Notes under the pieces: generated by a model
The model's input: the letters and a program-made list of their open reading frames with translations, nothing else
What the model was told of the DNA's origin: nothing
The model's database searches: none
Translations under genes and position numbers: made by a program
Part shown: positions 19,858-28,230 of the stretch, piece after piece
How positions within the stretch are numbered: the first letter of the stretch is position 1
Layout of the letters: each line of letters opens with the position of its first letter
From: Chloroflexota bacterium
Lineage (GTDB): Bacteria > Chloroflexota > Anaerolineae > Anaerolineales > UBA4823
DNA: 64,000 nt
Direction of reading: 5' to 3'
Assembly (NCBI GenBank): GCA_029265355.1
Contig: JAJUJL010000005.1
Span: 18,208 to 82,207, forward strand

Positions 19858-21492
19858 ATGTCCGCTAAACAACTGGTATTTTCCGAAGAAGCCCGCCGCC
19901 GTCTGCAGCGTGGTATGGACCTTCTGGCGACGGCTGTCGTCACCACCCTGGGCCCCAAGGGTCGCAACGTGGCGATCGACCGCAAGTTCGGCTCTCCCAC
20001 CATTACCCACGACGGCGTCACCGTTGCCAAAGAAATCGAGCTGGAAGACCCCTTCGAGAATATGGGCGCCCAGCTTTTGAAGGAAGCCGCCACCAAGACC
20101 AATGACATCGCTGGCGACGGCACCACCACCTCCACCGTTCTGGCACATTCCATCGTCACCGAAGGTATGAAGAACCTGGCCGCCGGCGCCAACCCGATGC
20201 TGCTCAAGCGCGGCATCGAGGCCGCCACCCGCGCCGTTTCCGAGCGCATTCGCGAACAGGCCATCGAAATCACCACCAAGGAAGAAATTGCCAACGTCGC
20301 TTCCATCTCCGCCCAGGATCGCACCATCGGCGAGCTGATTGCCGAGGTGATGGATAAGGTTGGTAAAGATGGCGTCATCACCGTGGAAGAGTCCAAGGGT
20401 CTGGAATTCGAGACCGAGTACGTCGAGGGTATGCAGTTCGACCGCGGCTACATCTCGCCCTACTTCATCAGCGACCCCGAGCACATGGAAGCTGTGATCC
20501 AGGATCCGTATATCCTGATCTATGACAAGAAAATCTCCGCCGCGGCTGACATCGTGCCCTTGCTGGAGAAGATGGTGCAAGTTGGCCGCCGCGAGCTGGT
20601 GATCATCGCCGAAGATGTGGATGGCGAAGCTCTGGCGACCCTGGTGCTGAACAAGCTGCGCGGCATGCTCAACGTGCTGGCGGTCAAGGCGCCCGGCTTC
20701 GGCGATCGCCGCAAGGCGATGCTGCAGGATATCGCTGTTCTGACCGGCGCTTCGGTCATCTCCGAAGAAACCGGCCGCAAGCTCGAGACCGCCACCATCG
20801 CCGACCTGGGGCGCGCCGAGAAAGTCGTCGCCACCAAAGACGATACCACCGTGGTGGGCGGCAAGGGTGACCCCAGCCAGATCAAGGGGCGCATCGAACA
20901 GATCCGCGTCGAGATCGAAAAGAGCACCAGCGATTACGACCGCGAGAAGTTGCAGGAGCGCCTGGCCAAGCTTTCCGGCGGCGTCGCCATCATCCGCGTG
21001 GGCGCAGCCACCGAGACCGAGCTGAAAGAAAAGAAGCACCGCGTCGAAGACGCTCTCTCCGCAACCCGCGCTGCCGTTGAAGAAGGCATCGTTCCGGGCG
21101 GCGGCGTCGCTCTGGTGAACGCCTTGAGCGCGCTGAACGATATCACCATGGACAACGATGACGCCCAGATCGGTGTGAACATCGTGCGCAAGGCCCTGGA
21201 AGTGCCCATCCGCAAGATCGCTGAGAACGCCGGACAGGACGGCTCGGTGGTGCTGGAAAACGTGCGCCGCCAGCAGAAGGAAACCGGCAACTCCAATGTG
21301 GGCTACAACGTGATCAGCGAATCCTACCTGGACATGGTCAAAGACGGCGTGATCGATCCTGCCAAGGTGACCCGCGGCGCACTCGAGAATGCCGCTTCCA
21401 TCGCCGCCATGATCCTGACCACCGAAGCCCTGGTAACCGACCTGCCTGAGAAAGAGAAACCGGCTGCTACGCCTCCGATGCCGGAGTACTAG
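19858..21492 (+). CDS. groEL: Chaperonin GroEL
   Basis: 544-aa ORF with AGDGTTT and [12 protein letters not shown] signatures. Confidence 0.98.
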   Translation: MSAKQLVFSEEARRRLQRGMDLLATAVVTTLGPKGRNVAIDRKFGSPTITHDGVTVAKEIELEDPFENMGAQLLKEAATKTNDIAGDGTTTSTVLAHSIVTEGMKNLAAGANPMLLKRGIEAATRAVSERIREQAIEITTKEEIANVASISAQDRTIGELIAEVMDKVGKDGVITVEESKGLEFETEYVEGMQFDRGYISPYFISDPEHMEAVIQDPYILIYDKKISAAADIVPLLEKMVQVGRRELVIIAEDVDGEALATLVLNKLRGMLNVLAVKAPGFGDRRKAMLQDIAVLTGASVISEETGRKLETATIADLGRAEKVVATKDDTTVVGGKGDPSQIKGRIEQIRVEIEKSTSDYDREKLQERLAKLSGGVAIIRVGAATETELKEKKHRVEDALSATRAAVEEGIVPGGGVALVNALSALNDITMDNDDAQIGVNIVRKALEVPIRKIAENAGQDGSVVLENVRRQQKETGNSNVGYNVISESYLDMVKDGVIDPAKVTRGALENAASIAAMILTTEALVTDLPEKEKPAATPPMPEY

Positions 21493-21516
21493 ATCGAAGG
21501 CCTGGTATGACTTTTG

Positions 21517-21556
21517 GGGTTTGCTGGCGAGGCTGCTTGCCAGCAAACCCTTTTCG
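21517..21556 (+). terminator. Intrinsic terminator after groEL
   Basis: 12-bp stem GGGTTTGCTGGC / GCCAGCAAACCC followed by TTTTCG. Confidence 0.75.
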
Positions 21557-21587
21557 ATTAAATAAAGAGCATTAAATCACCGCAGTT

Positions 21588-21617
21588 TTGACAAAATCCT
21601 GCATTGTATGTTAAAAT
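21588..21617 (+). promoter_or_regulatory. Candidate promoter of rnj
   Basis: TTGACA, 18 nt, TAAAAT. Implies a ~220-nt leader. Confidence 0.45.
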
Positions 21618-21710
21618 CTATTACGAACAGACGTTCAGTCTCAGTGCAAGTGATCAGGCTCGACCTTCTTTCTGGCTGTTAGTGTGCTTTTCAATCCAAG
21701 ACAAATCGAA

Positions 21711-21762
21711 AGCCCTGGCCGGTGATGCGCGCGAGCGCAATGCGCACCTGACGGGGCTTTTT
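21711..21762 (+). promoter_or_regulatory. Terminator-like hairpin inside the rnj leader
   Basis: GC-rich imperfect hairpin (AGCCC...GGTG..CGC / GCG..CACC...GGGCT) followed by TTTTT, about 80 nt before the rnj ATG. Confidence 0.3.
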
Positions 21763-21840
21763 GGTATATCTAGCGGGGCGTTTGGACGGGCGACGCTTGC
21801 CCAAATGCCCACACAAGTAATTTTTTAGTAAGGAAGTAAC

Positions 21841-23481
21841 ATGAGTAAGATATTACGTATCATTCCAATCGGAGGCCTGGGGGAAATCGGCAAGAACATG
21901 ATGGTCTACGAATATGGAGACAACCTTTTAGTTGTGGATGCCGGCTTGATGTTCCCCGAGAACGACATGCTGGGCATCGATTACATTATTCCCGATTTCC
22001 AGTATGTGCTGCAGAACCGGGACAAGGTGCGCGGGGTGATCGTCACCCACGGGCACGAAGATCACACCGGCGCAATCAACCACTTGATGGAGCAGGTCAG
22101 CGCGCCGATCTACGCCACACCGCTGACGCGCGGCCTGTTGGAAGTCAAATTGTCTCGCGGCGGCCTGCTCAACCAGGTGAAGATCAACACCGTGCAGGCC
22201 GGCGACACCATCCAGGTCGGCCCCTTCCAGGTGGAATTGTTCCACGTGTGCCACTCCATACCCGACGGCGTCGGGCTGGGCATCACCACACCTGCCGGTT
22301 TGGTGGTGCACACCGGCGACTACAAATTCGACCACACACCGGTCGACAACTGGCCCACCGACTACGCCGCCCTGGCTCGCTTTGCCGAGAAGGGTGTGCT
22401 GGCGCTGCTGGCCGACTCGACCAACGCCGATAAGCCCGGTTGGACGCCCTCTGAGCGGGTCATCGACCCAGCCTTCGACGAGGTCTTCCGCAGCGCGCCC
22501 GGGCGCATTATCATCGCCAGCTTTGCCTCGCTGATCTCGCGCATGCAGCAGGTGGCCAACGCCGCCGAGCGCCACCAGCGCAAGATGGCTTTCGTGGGCA
22601 CCAGTATGGTGGAGAACGCCCGCATGGCGCGCAAGCTGGGTTACCTGGACATGCCCGATGAGCTGCTGGTGCCGATCGAGCAGGCTTTGAAAATGCCCGC
22701 CCGCCAGGTGGTGTTAATGACCACCGGCACGCAGGGTGAGCCGACCTCCATCATGGGACGCCTTTCCACCGGAACTAATCGCCAATTCGACCTGATCGAA
22801 GGCGATACGGTGGTGCTCTCATCACACCCTATCCCGGGCAACGAGGAAAGCGTCAGCCGCACCATCAACCGCCTGTTTCGGCGCGGCGCCAACGTCATCT
22901 ATCAGGCGATTGCGCCGGTGCACGTCTCCGGACACGCCAGCCAGGAAGAGATGAAGCTGCTGCTGCACCTGGTGAAGCCCAAACACTTCATCCCCATCCA
23001 TGGCGAGCTGCGCCACCTCAAGCAGCACGCCAACCTGGCGCGCACTGTGGGCCTGGACGCCGAGCAGATCGCAGTGATTGAAAACGGGCAGGTGATCGAA
23101 TTCTCGAACGGTGAGATGAGCCTGGGCGAGCGCCTGCCGGGCGGCTACGTCTTTGTTGATGGCTCTGGCGTGGGCGAAGTCGGGCCAACCATCATGCGCG
23201 AGCGCGAGATCCTGGCGCGAGACGGCTTCGTGCTGGTCAGCATCCCGTTGGATCGCACCTCTTGCCGCTTGAAAGGCACACCGGAGATCATCACCCGCGG
23301 CTTTGTCCAGCCACGCGACGCTGAGGACCTGATGGAAGGCGCCCGGCGCGTGGTCAGCGAAACCGTCGACTGCACCGCCAATGGTCGTATGCAGGCGGAC
23401 CTGGAGCAAACGCTGAAGTCCTACTTCTACAGCCGCACCAAGCGCCGCCCGATGGTGTTTGTCACCGTCAGCCAATCGTGA
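21841..23481 (+). CDS. rnj: Ribonuclease J
   Basis: Metallo-beta-lactamase motif VTHGHEDHTGA, beta-CASP layout, and an N-terminus (IIPIGGLGEIGKNM) typical of RNase J. Confidence 0.92.
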   Translation: MSKILRIIPIGGLGEIGKNMMVYEYGDNLLVVDAGLMFPENDMLGIDYIIPDFQYVLQNRDKVRGVIVTHGHEDHTGAINHLMEQVSAPIYATPLTRGLLEVKLSRGGLLNQVKINTVQAGDTIQVGPFQVELFHVCHSIPDGVGLGITTPAGLVVHTGDYKFDHTPVDNWPTDYAALARFAEKGVLALLADSTNADKPGWTPSERVIDPAFDEVFRSAPGRIIIASFASLISRMQQVANAAERHQRKMAFVGTSMVENARMARKLGYLDMPDELLVPIEQALKMPARQVVLMTTGTQGEPTSIMGRLSTGTNRQFDLIEGDTVVLSSHPIPGNEESVSRTINRLFRRGANVIYQAIAPVHVSGHASQEEMKLLLHLVKPKHFIPIHGELRHLKQHANLARTVGLDAEQIAVIENGQVIEFSNGEMSLGERLPGGYVFVDGSGVGEVGPTIMREREILARDGFVLVSIPLDRTSCRLKGTPEIITRGFVQPRDAEDLMEGARRVVSETVDCTANGRMQADLEQTLKSYFYSRTKRRPMVFVTVSQS

Positions 23482-23487
23482 AAAATT

Positions 23488-23521
23488 CCGGGGTTGGCGG
23501 GTGAACACCTGCCAACCCCGG
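23488..23521. terminator. Hairpin terminator between convergent rnj and pcm
   Basis: 14-bp stem CCGGGGTTGGCGGG / CCTGCCAACCCCGG with one G-U pair. Confidence 0.65.
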
Positions 23522-23525
23522 ATGA

Positions 23526-24179
23526 TTATTCGCGCCAGCCGTGGCGCCCGACCAGCGGCACAAAAGCCACCGGTATGCTGACATCTTGCTCGTAGCTGGC
23601 TCCCTTGCGCTGCCAGCGCTCCAGGAACTGCGCCCCGCGACTGCCCACCGGGATCACCAGCCGCCCGCCCTGCGCCAGTTGCTCCAGCAGCGGGCGCGGC
23701 GCCTCCGGCGCCGCGGCTGTCACCAGGATGGCGTCGTAGGGAGCGTGCTCCACCAATCCCAGCGTTCCATCTCCCACATACACCCGAACATTGTCCAGGC
23801 CAAGCACCTGCAGCTCTTTTGAGGCTCGTTTCGCCAACAGCTCATGACGCTCGATGGTGTAGACCTGCTTTGCCAGGTGCGCCAGCACCGCCGCCTGGTA
23901 GCCAGAACCCGTGCCGACCTCCAGCACCTTCTCTTCACCCTGCAGCGCCAGCATCTGGCTCATCAGGGCGACGATAAACGGCTGCGAAATGGTCTGGCCC
24001 TCGCCTATCGGGATGGGTCCATCGCTGTAGGATAGATCGCGGTACTGGCGAGGCACGAAGCGGTGACGGGGCACGTTGCGCATGGCTTGTAACACGCGTT
24101 GGTCGACAATGCCGCGCCGCTCGAGCTGGTCGGCGACCATTTGCAGGCGCTCGATCTGGTAATGCTGCTCCTCGTCCAT
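23526..24179 (-). CDS. pcm: Protein-L-isoaspartate O-methyltransferase
   Basis: SAM-binding LEVGTGSGYQAAVLA and GQTISQPFIVA motifs. Start set at the internal ATG (MDEEQ...) to avoid overlapping the upstream gene. Confidence 0.88.
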   Translation of the reverse strand: MDEEQHYQIERLQMVADQLERRGIVDQRVLQAMRNVPRHRFVPRQYRDLSYSDGPIPIGEGQTISQPFIVALMSQMLALQGEEKVLEVGTGSGYQAAVLAHLAKQVYTIERHELLAKRASKELQVLGLDNVRVYVGDGTLGLVEHAPYDAILVTAAAPEAPRPLLEQLAQGGRLVIPVGSRGAQFLERWQRKGASYEQDVSIPVAFVPLVGRHGWRE

Positions 24180-24220
24180 CCAGAACTCTCCGCCCCGTCG
24201 ATTTTTTCGGTGCTTCCGCC

Positions 24221-25231
24221 TCAAATTTCGCTGGCAGACAGCCCGCTGACCAGCGTGCGCCAAAAGGCATCGCGCTCGCCGGGTTTATAGGGAATATACA
24301 GCGCCAGGCGATCTACCATGCCATGATACTTCTCCAGCAACAGCGCTGGCAGCTCTTCCGGGCGCCCGCGCACGGCAAAGACGCGCAGCATGTCGTCGCT
24401 GATCAGGGCTGCCATATCGCCCCATGCCCCGCGCGCTGCCAGCGGAGAGAGTTGCTCGGCAATTTCGCTCCAGCCGTGCAGCGCCATTACCGAGCGATAG
24501 GAGGGCGTGGAGGCGTAGAATGCCACCTGGGCGCGCACGAACAGCTCCTCCTCCGGCGAGGTGATCACAAAGGCTGTGGTGAACAGGCGCACATCGGACG
24601 GCGAACGCCCACCGCGCTGCGCTCCTTCGCGGATCGCCGGCAGCAGCACTTCCTGGATGTAGCGGCGGCTGTGGAAGGGATGCACCACAAAGCCATCAGC
24701 AGCCTCGCCTGCCAGCTTTGCCAGCCCAGTGTTGACCCCGGCAATGTAAATGGGTATCTGGGGGTTTTGAATGCGCCCCGGGTTGAAAAAAGGAGACATC
24801 AGGGTCAGCTTGTAGTACTCGCCGCGAAAGTCCAGGCGAGCGTCGTTCTGCCAGGCATACCAAAAGGCGCGGATCGCCTGCAACTGCTCGCGCAACTTGC
24901 CGACCACCGACTCGGGCCAGGGCATGCCGAAGCGCCGCTCGATGTGCGCCTTGACCTGCGTGCCCAGCCCTAAAATAAAACGCCCGGGCATGGCTTGCGC
25001 CAGGTCCCAGGCGGTGTAAGCCATCGTTGCCGGGCTGCGGGCAAAAGATACCGCCACACCGGTGCCAAAGCCCAGGCGCTGCGTGTGCTCTGCAATCAAC
25101 GCCCCCGGCAAGAAAGGATCGTGCATGGTTTCCATCGACCACAGCGCCTGGAAACCCATCTCCTCGGCTGACCGGGCAATGCCTGGCACCTCCTTCAACC
25201 CCACCGGCGGCAACGCTGCATCGAAGATCAT
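24221..25231 (-). CDS. Luciferase-like (LLM-class, probably F420-dependent) oxidoreductase
   Basis: 336-aa TIM-barrel-like ORF resembling the LLM family. AGGAGG Shine-Dalgarno sequence upstream. Confidence 0.75.
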   Translation of the reverse strand: MIFDAALPPVGLKEVPGIARSAEEMGFQALWSMETMHDPFLPGALIAEHTQRLGFGTGVAVSFARSPATMAYTAWDLAQAMPGRFILGLGTQVKAHIERRFGMPWPESVVGKLREQLQAIRAFWYAWQNDARLDFRGEYYKLTLMSPFFNPGRIQNPQIPIYIAGVNTGLAKLAGEAADGFVVHPFHSRRYIQEVLLPAIREGAQRGGRSPSDVRLFTTAFVITSPEEELFVRAQVAFYASTPSYRSVMALHGWSEIAEQLSPLAARGAWGDMAALISDDMLRVFAVRGRPEELPALLLEKYHGMVDRLALYIPYKPGERDAFWRTLVSGLSASEI

Positions 25232-25262
25232 GGCAAGCCTCCTATTAATGTATCATTCTGAG

Positions 25263-25297
25263 GGAGCCCTTCGCAAGCTCAGGATGACATCCTCTTG
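25263..25297. repeat. Palindromic intergenic element carrying the TCATCCTGAG(C) motif
   Basis: TCATTCTGAG-N15-CTCAGGATGA. The 11-mer TCATCCTGAGC on the minus strand recurs at 33738..33748 on the plus strand. Confidence 0.5.
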
Positions 25298-25360
25298 TGT
25301 GGACTACGAAGTACGAGCAGCTTTTCCCTGAGCAAGGGGACGGTGTGTGAAATTTAGTAC

Positions 25361-26029
25361 TCAGGTCACGCGCTGCTTCGTCCAATGCAGCAGCCACACT
25401 TCTGTCCGCAGCAGCAGGTAGACAAAGATCACTTCCACGCCAGATCCGATCACCAGGCGCAGTCCGCGATCGGGTATCGCACCTTCTCCGATGAACACAA
25501 TCACACAAGCCCAAAACAGCCAGGCCCAGCCATTCTTGCGCCACAGTAGCAACCCGACCACCAGTGCCACACCGATCGAGAGAAAAGACGCCAGCGGTGG
25601 TCCAGCGGAGCGCTCTGCGATATAGCGCGCCACACCATCCAGCTCGGTGTAAACCAACTCCAGTCCCACCAAGCGCGTGGCCGCGCCTGTGACAATCACC
25701 AGCAAGGTGAGCGCCCAGGCGCTATAGCGTGCCCAGGTTTTTGCCGCCCAGGCCTGCCCGGCGAGATAAGCCTGCTCCCACACTGCCACGATCAGCCAGG
25801 GCAGCATGAATTGCTGCGCGATGAAACGTCCCAGGCTAAGCGACTGTAGTAGGGACCCCTCACCTAACACCAAACCCATTGCCAGGATCAAATTATCGTA
25901 GAACGTTCCCAGGATCACCGCCAGGATGAAAAACGTGCCAATGCGCCGCGTCTGGCGGTAAATGGCGACTCCCCAGGCAAACAATGCCAGGTGCGCCAGG
26001 GCGTAAACAATGTACAGCGCCTCAGCCAT
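25361..26029 (-). CDS. Hypothetical multi-pass membrane protein
   Basis: 222-aa ORF with about 6 hydrophobic helices. Its start abuts the stop of the upstream M42 peptidase gene (TAGATG). No recognisable motif. Confidence 0.6.
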   Translation of the reverse strand: MAEALYIVYALAHLALFAWGVAIYRQTRRIGTFFILAVILGTFYDNLILAMGLVLGEGSLLQSLSLGRFIAQQFMLPWLIVAVWEQAYLAGQAWAAKTWARYSAWALTLLVIVTGAATRLVGLELVYTELDGVARYIAERSAGPPLASFLSIGVALVVGLLLWRKNGWAWLFWACVIVFIGEGAIPDRGLRLVIGSGVEVIFVYLLLRTEVWLLHWTKQRVT

Positions 26030-27082
26030 CTAATCTGCCAGCAGGTACGCCACCAACCACTGGCTGGTCGCCAAAAGCGCCTGGTTGTGGGTGCGCTCGT
26101 AACTGTGCGAGGCATCCACGCCAGGTCCGATCAAAGCCACAGCCACATCGCCGCCGGCGCGCCAATAGGCCTCCCCATCCGAGCCGTAGTAGGGGTAAAT
26201 ATCCACCTTGTAGGGAATGCCGTGCTCGTCTGCCAGTCTTCTTAAGCGCTGGCTCAAGCCGTGGTGGTACGGCCCACCCGAATCCTTGACGCACAGCGTG
26301 GCGTGGAACTCGTCCGAGTTCTGTCCCTTGCCCAGGGCTGCCATGTCCACCGCCACCAGCTCGGCCATCTCCGGGGGAAAGCCTGAGGCCGCGCCGTGCC
26401 CCACCTCTTCATAATTGCTGATCAAGATAACGGTATCCTGGGCGGGCTGCAGGCCTGCCTCGTACAACGCCTTGACCGAGGCCAGGATATTGGCTACGCA
26501 GGCTTTGTCATCCAGGTGGCGCGAGCGCACGAAGCCATTATTCAGCTCGACGCGTGGGTCGAAAGCCACAAAATCGCCCACCTCGATGCCAAACTGGCGC
26601 GTCTCAGCCGGGTTGGAGGTGCGCACGTCCAGGCGCACTTCCATTACATCGTCATCGCGCTTGATCTCGTTGACCTGGTTGCCATGCACGTGGCCAGAGG
26701 CCTTTTCGAGCAGGATCGAGCCGCGCACCGCCTCCCCTGTGGCGGTGAGCACCGTGCAGCCTTCGCCTTCCACAGTGTTCCAGGCATAACCGCCGATCTT
26801 GCTCAGCTTCAGCCGCCCATTGGATTTGATCTCTTTGACCATGGCGCCCAGCGTATCCACGTGGGCGGTCAGGCCGCGCGGCGCATGCGAGCGCCTGCCT
26901 GGCCAATGCGCCACCAGGCCGCCCTTGCGCGTGCGTCGCAGAGAAAGCTGCGGAAAAGCGCTGAAAGCCTGCTCGGTCAGAGCGATGGCTTGGTCGGTGT
27001 AGCCGGTTGGGCTGGGCGTGTTCAGCAAGCTGACGAGAAACTGGTTCAGGTAGTCGAGGTCGATTTCGGGGAGTTGTGGCAT
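26030..27082 (-). CDS. M42-family metallopeptidase (aminopeptidase/endoglucanase-like)
   Basis: 350-aa ORF with M42-like metal-ligand blocks (HVDTLG, NYEEVGHGAA, DSGGPYH). Confidence 0.82.
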   Translation of the reverse strand: MPQLPEIDLDYLNQFLVSLLNTPSPTGYTDQAIALTEQAFSAFPQLSLRRTRKGGLVAHWPGRRSHAPRGLTAHVDTLGAMVKEIKSNGRLKLSKIGGYAWNTVEGEGCTVLTATGEAVRGSILLEKASGHVHGNQVNEIKRDDDVMEVRLDVRTSNPAETRQFGIEVGDFVAFDPRVELNNGFVRSRHLDDKACVANILASVKALYEAGLQPAQDTVILISNYEEVGHGAASGFPPEMAELVAVDMAALGKGQNSDEFHATLCVKDSGGPYHHGLSQRLRRLADEHGIPYKVDIYPYYGSDGEAYWRAGGDVAVALIGPGVDASHSYERTHNQALLATSQWLVAYLLAD

Positions 27083-27091
27083 GAGGGATAC

Positions 27092-27520
27092 TTACCCGCC
27101 TTCGGTGAGTTGTTCAAAGGATTGTATAGCCGCCCGCCAATGGGGTGGGATCGGGATGGTTTGACCGCTGGCGTAATCGTAGGTGACCAGCACACTGCTG
27201 CCGTTCGCCAGCTCACGCCCGTCGCGGCTGTCCTCTATACTGTAGACCATATCGAAGCTCTTGTTGCCCAGGCGCGTCACGCGGGCGCCCACCCGCACCG
27301 GTTGCCCGAACAGCACCGGGCTTTTGAAGGTGATGATGATTTCCGCCAGGATAATGCCGATGTCGAGGAACGAGTCGCTCCGCCACAGCCCCAGGGAGCG
27401 GATATACTGGATGCGGGCTTGCTCCATGTAGGTCAGGTAGCGGGCATTGTTCAGGTGCCCCTGGGGATCAAGGTCGCCATAGCGCACTTCGATGGGGTGG
27501 TAGAAACGGAAGGAGGACAT
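27092..27520 (-). CDS. Acyl-CoA thioesterase, hotdog fold (YbgC/4HBT-like)
   Basis: 142-aa ORF with the N-terminal YGDLDPQGHLNNARY motif. Confidence 0.85.
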   Translation of the reverse strand: MSSFRFYHPIEVRYGDLDPQGHLNNARYLTYMEQARIQYIRSLGLWRSDSFLDIGIILAEIIITFKSPVLFGQPVRVGARVTRLGNKSFDMVYSIEDSRDGRELANGSSVLVTYDYASGQTIPIPPHWRAAIQSFEQLTEGG

Positions 27521-27786
27521 ACCGTGATTATACCCGGAGCAGGCGACTCAGACACTGCTTCCAGGGGGCAATCTTGGAACGAAGATGTTATCCGGATTTG
27601 ACAAGATACAGCTAAAGGCATTTCCATGAACGCCATGATCAGGCTTCCGTTGTCAGTGCTGGTTTCGGCACACCGTATTTCTACATTCCTCTAACCCGGC
27701 GTTTATATTCCTCCAACACGAGCGGCTTATACTTGGGAGGATCGCCGTGGGAGCCGGCGCAGCTTATCGTTCAGAACAGGCATCAA

Positions 27787-28182
27787 ATGATGAGTACAGA
27801 AAACACGGCTCAATTCAAAGGCCAGACTTATCTCAACCTGGAAACCTTCCGCAAGAGCGGCCTGGGCGTGCGCACCCCGGTGTGGTTCGTGGAGCAGGAT
27901 GGCATCCTCTACGTGCGCACCATCGATGGCTCGGGCAAGGTCAAGCGCATCCGCCGCAACAGCCAGGTGCGCGTAGCGCCCTGCAAAGTGGACGGTACCC
28001 TGCTGGGCGAATGGGTGGACGGCCGCGCCCGCCTGGTGGACGAGCAAACCGCCAGGATGGTCAACCGGCTGCTGCGCCGCAAGTATGGCTTGCAGAAGAT
28101 GCTGTTTGACGTGATGGGGCTCGTTCGCAAGCGCCAACCCGCGACGATCGAAATTCGCCTGGATAACGCCACGCTGGCCTGA
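27787..28182 (+). CDS. PPOX-class (pyridoxamine 5-phosphate oxidase-like, probably F420-dependent) protein
   Basis: Small split-barrel-like ORF (LNLETFRKSG...PVWFV...LYVRT). Start uncertain; the ORF opens at 27733 with TTG. Confidence 0.65.
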   Translation: MMSTENTAQFKGQTYLNLETFRKSGLGVRTPVWFVEQDGILYVRTIDGSGKVKRIRRNSQVRVAPCKVDGTLLGEWVDGRARLVDEQTARMVNRLLRRKYGLQKMLFDVMGLVRKRQPATIEIRLDNATLA

Positions 28183-28230
28183 TATCCATCAGCGAAAACA
28201 AACTTATTGGTAACCTGAGGGAGAATAAAC

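Noticed and set aside
19831-21546. 571-aa ORF antisense to groEL
   Set aside because: Same reasoning. It fully overlaps groEL, has no start context or motifs, and its composition mirrors the complement of groEL codons.
21604-21828. 74-aa ORF in the rnj upstream region
   Set aside because: It has atypical AT-rich codon usage for this genome and no Shine-Dalgarno sequence, and it overlaps the predicted promoter and leader hairpin. It is better explained as a non-coding leader.
27747-28109. 120-aa ORF starting at a GTG with a good GGGAGG Shine-Dalgarno sequence, overlapping the PPOX-class gene in another frame
   Set aside because: The translation is Arg/Gly/Pro/Ala-rich with no motif. The alternative frame gives a coherent split-barrel PPOX-like protein. 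The Shine-Dalgarno-like sequence may be coincidental, and this leaves the true PPOX start uncertain.
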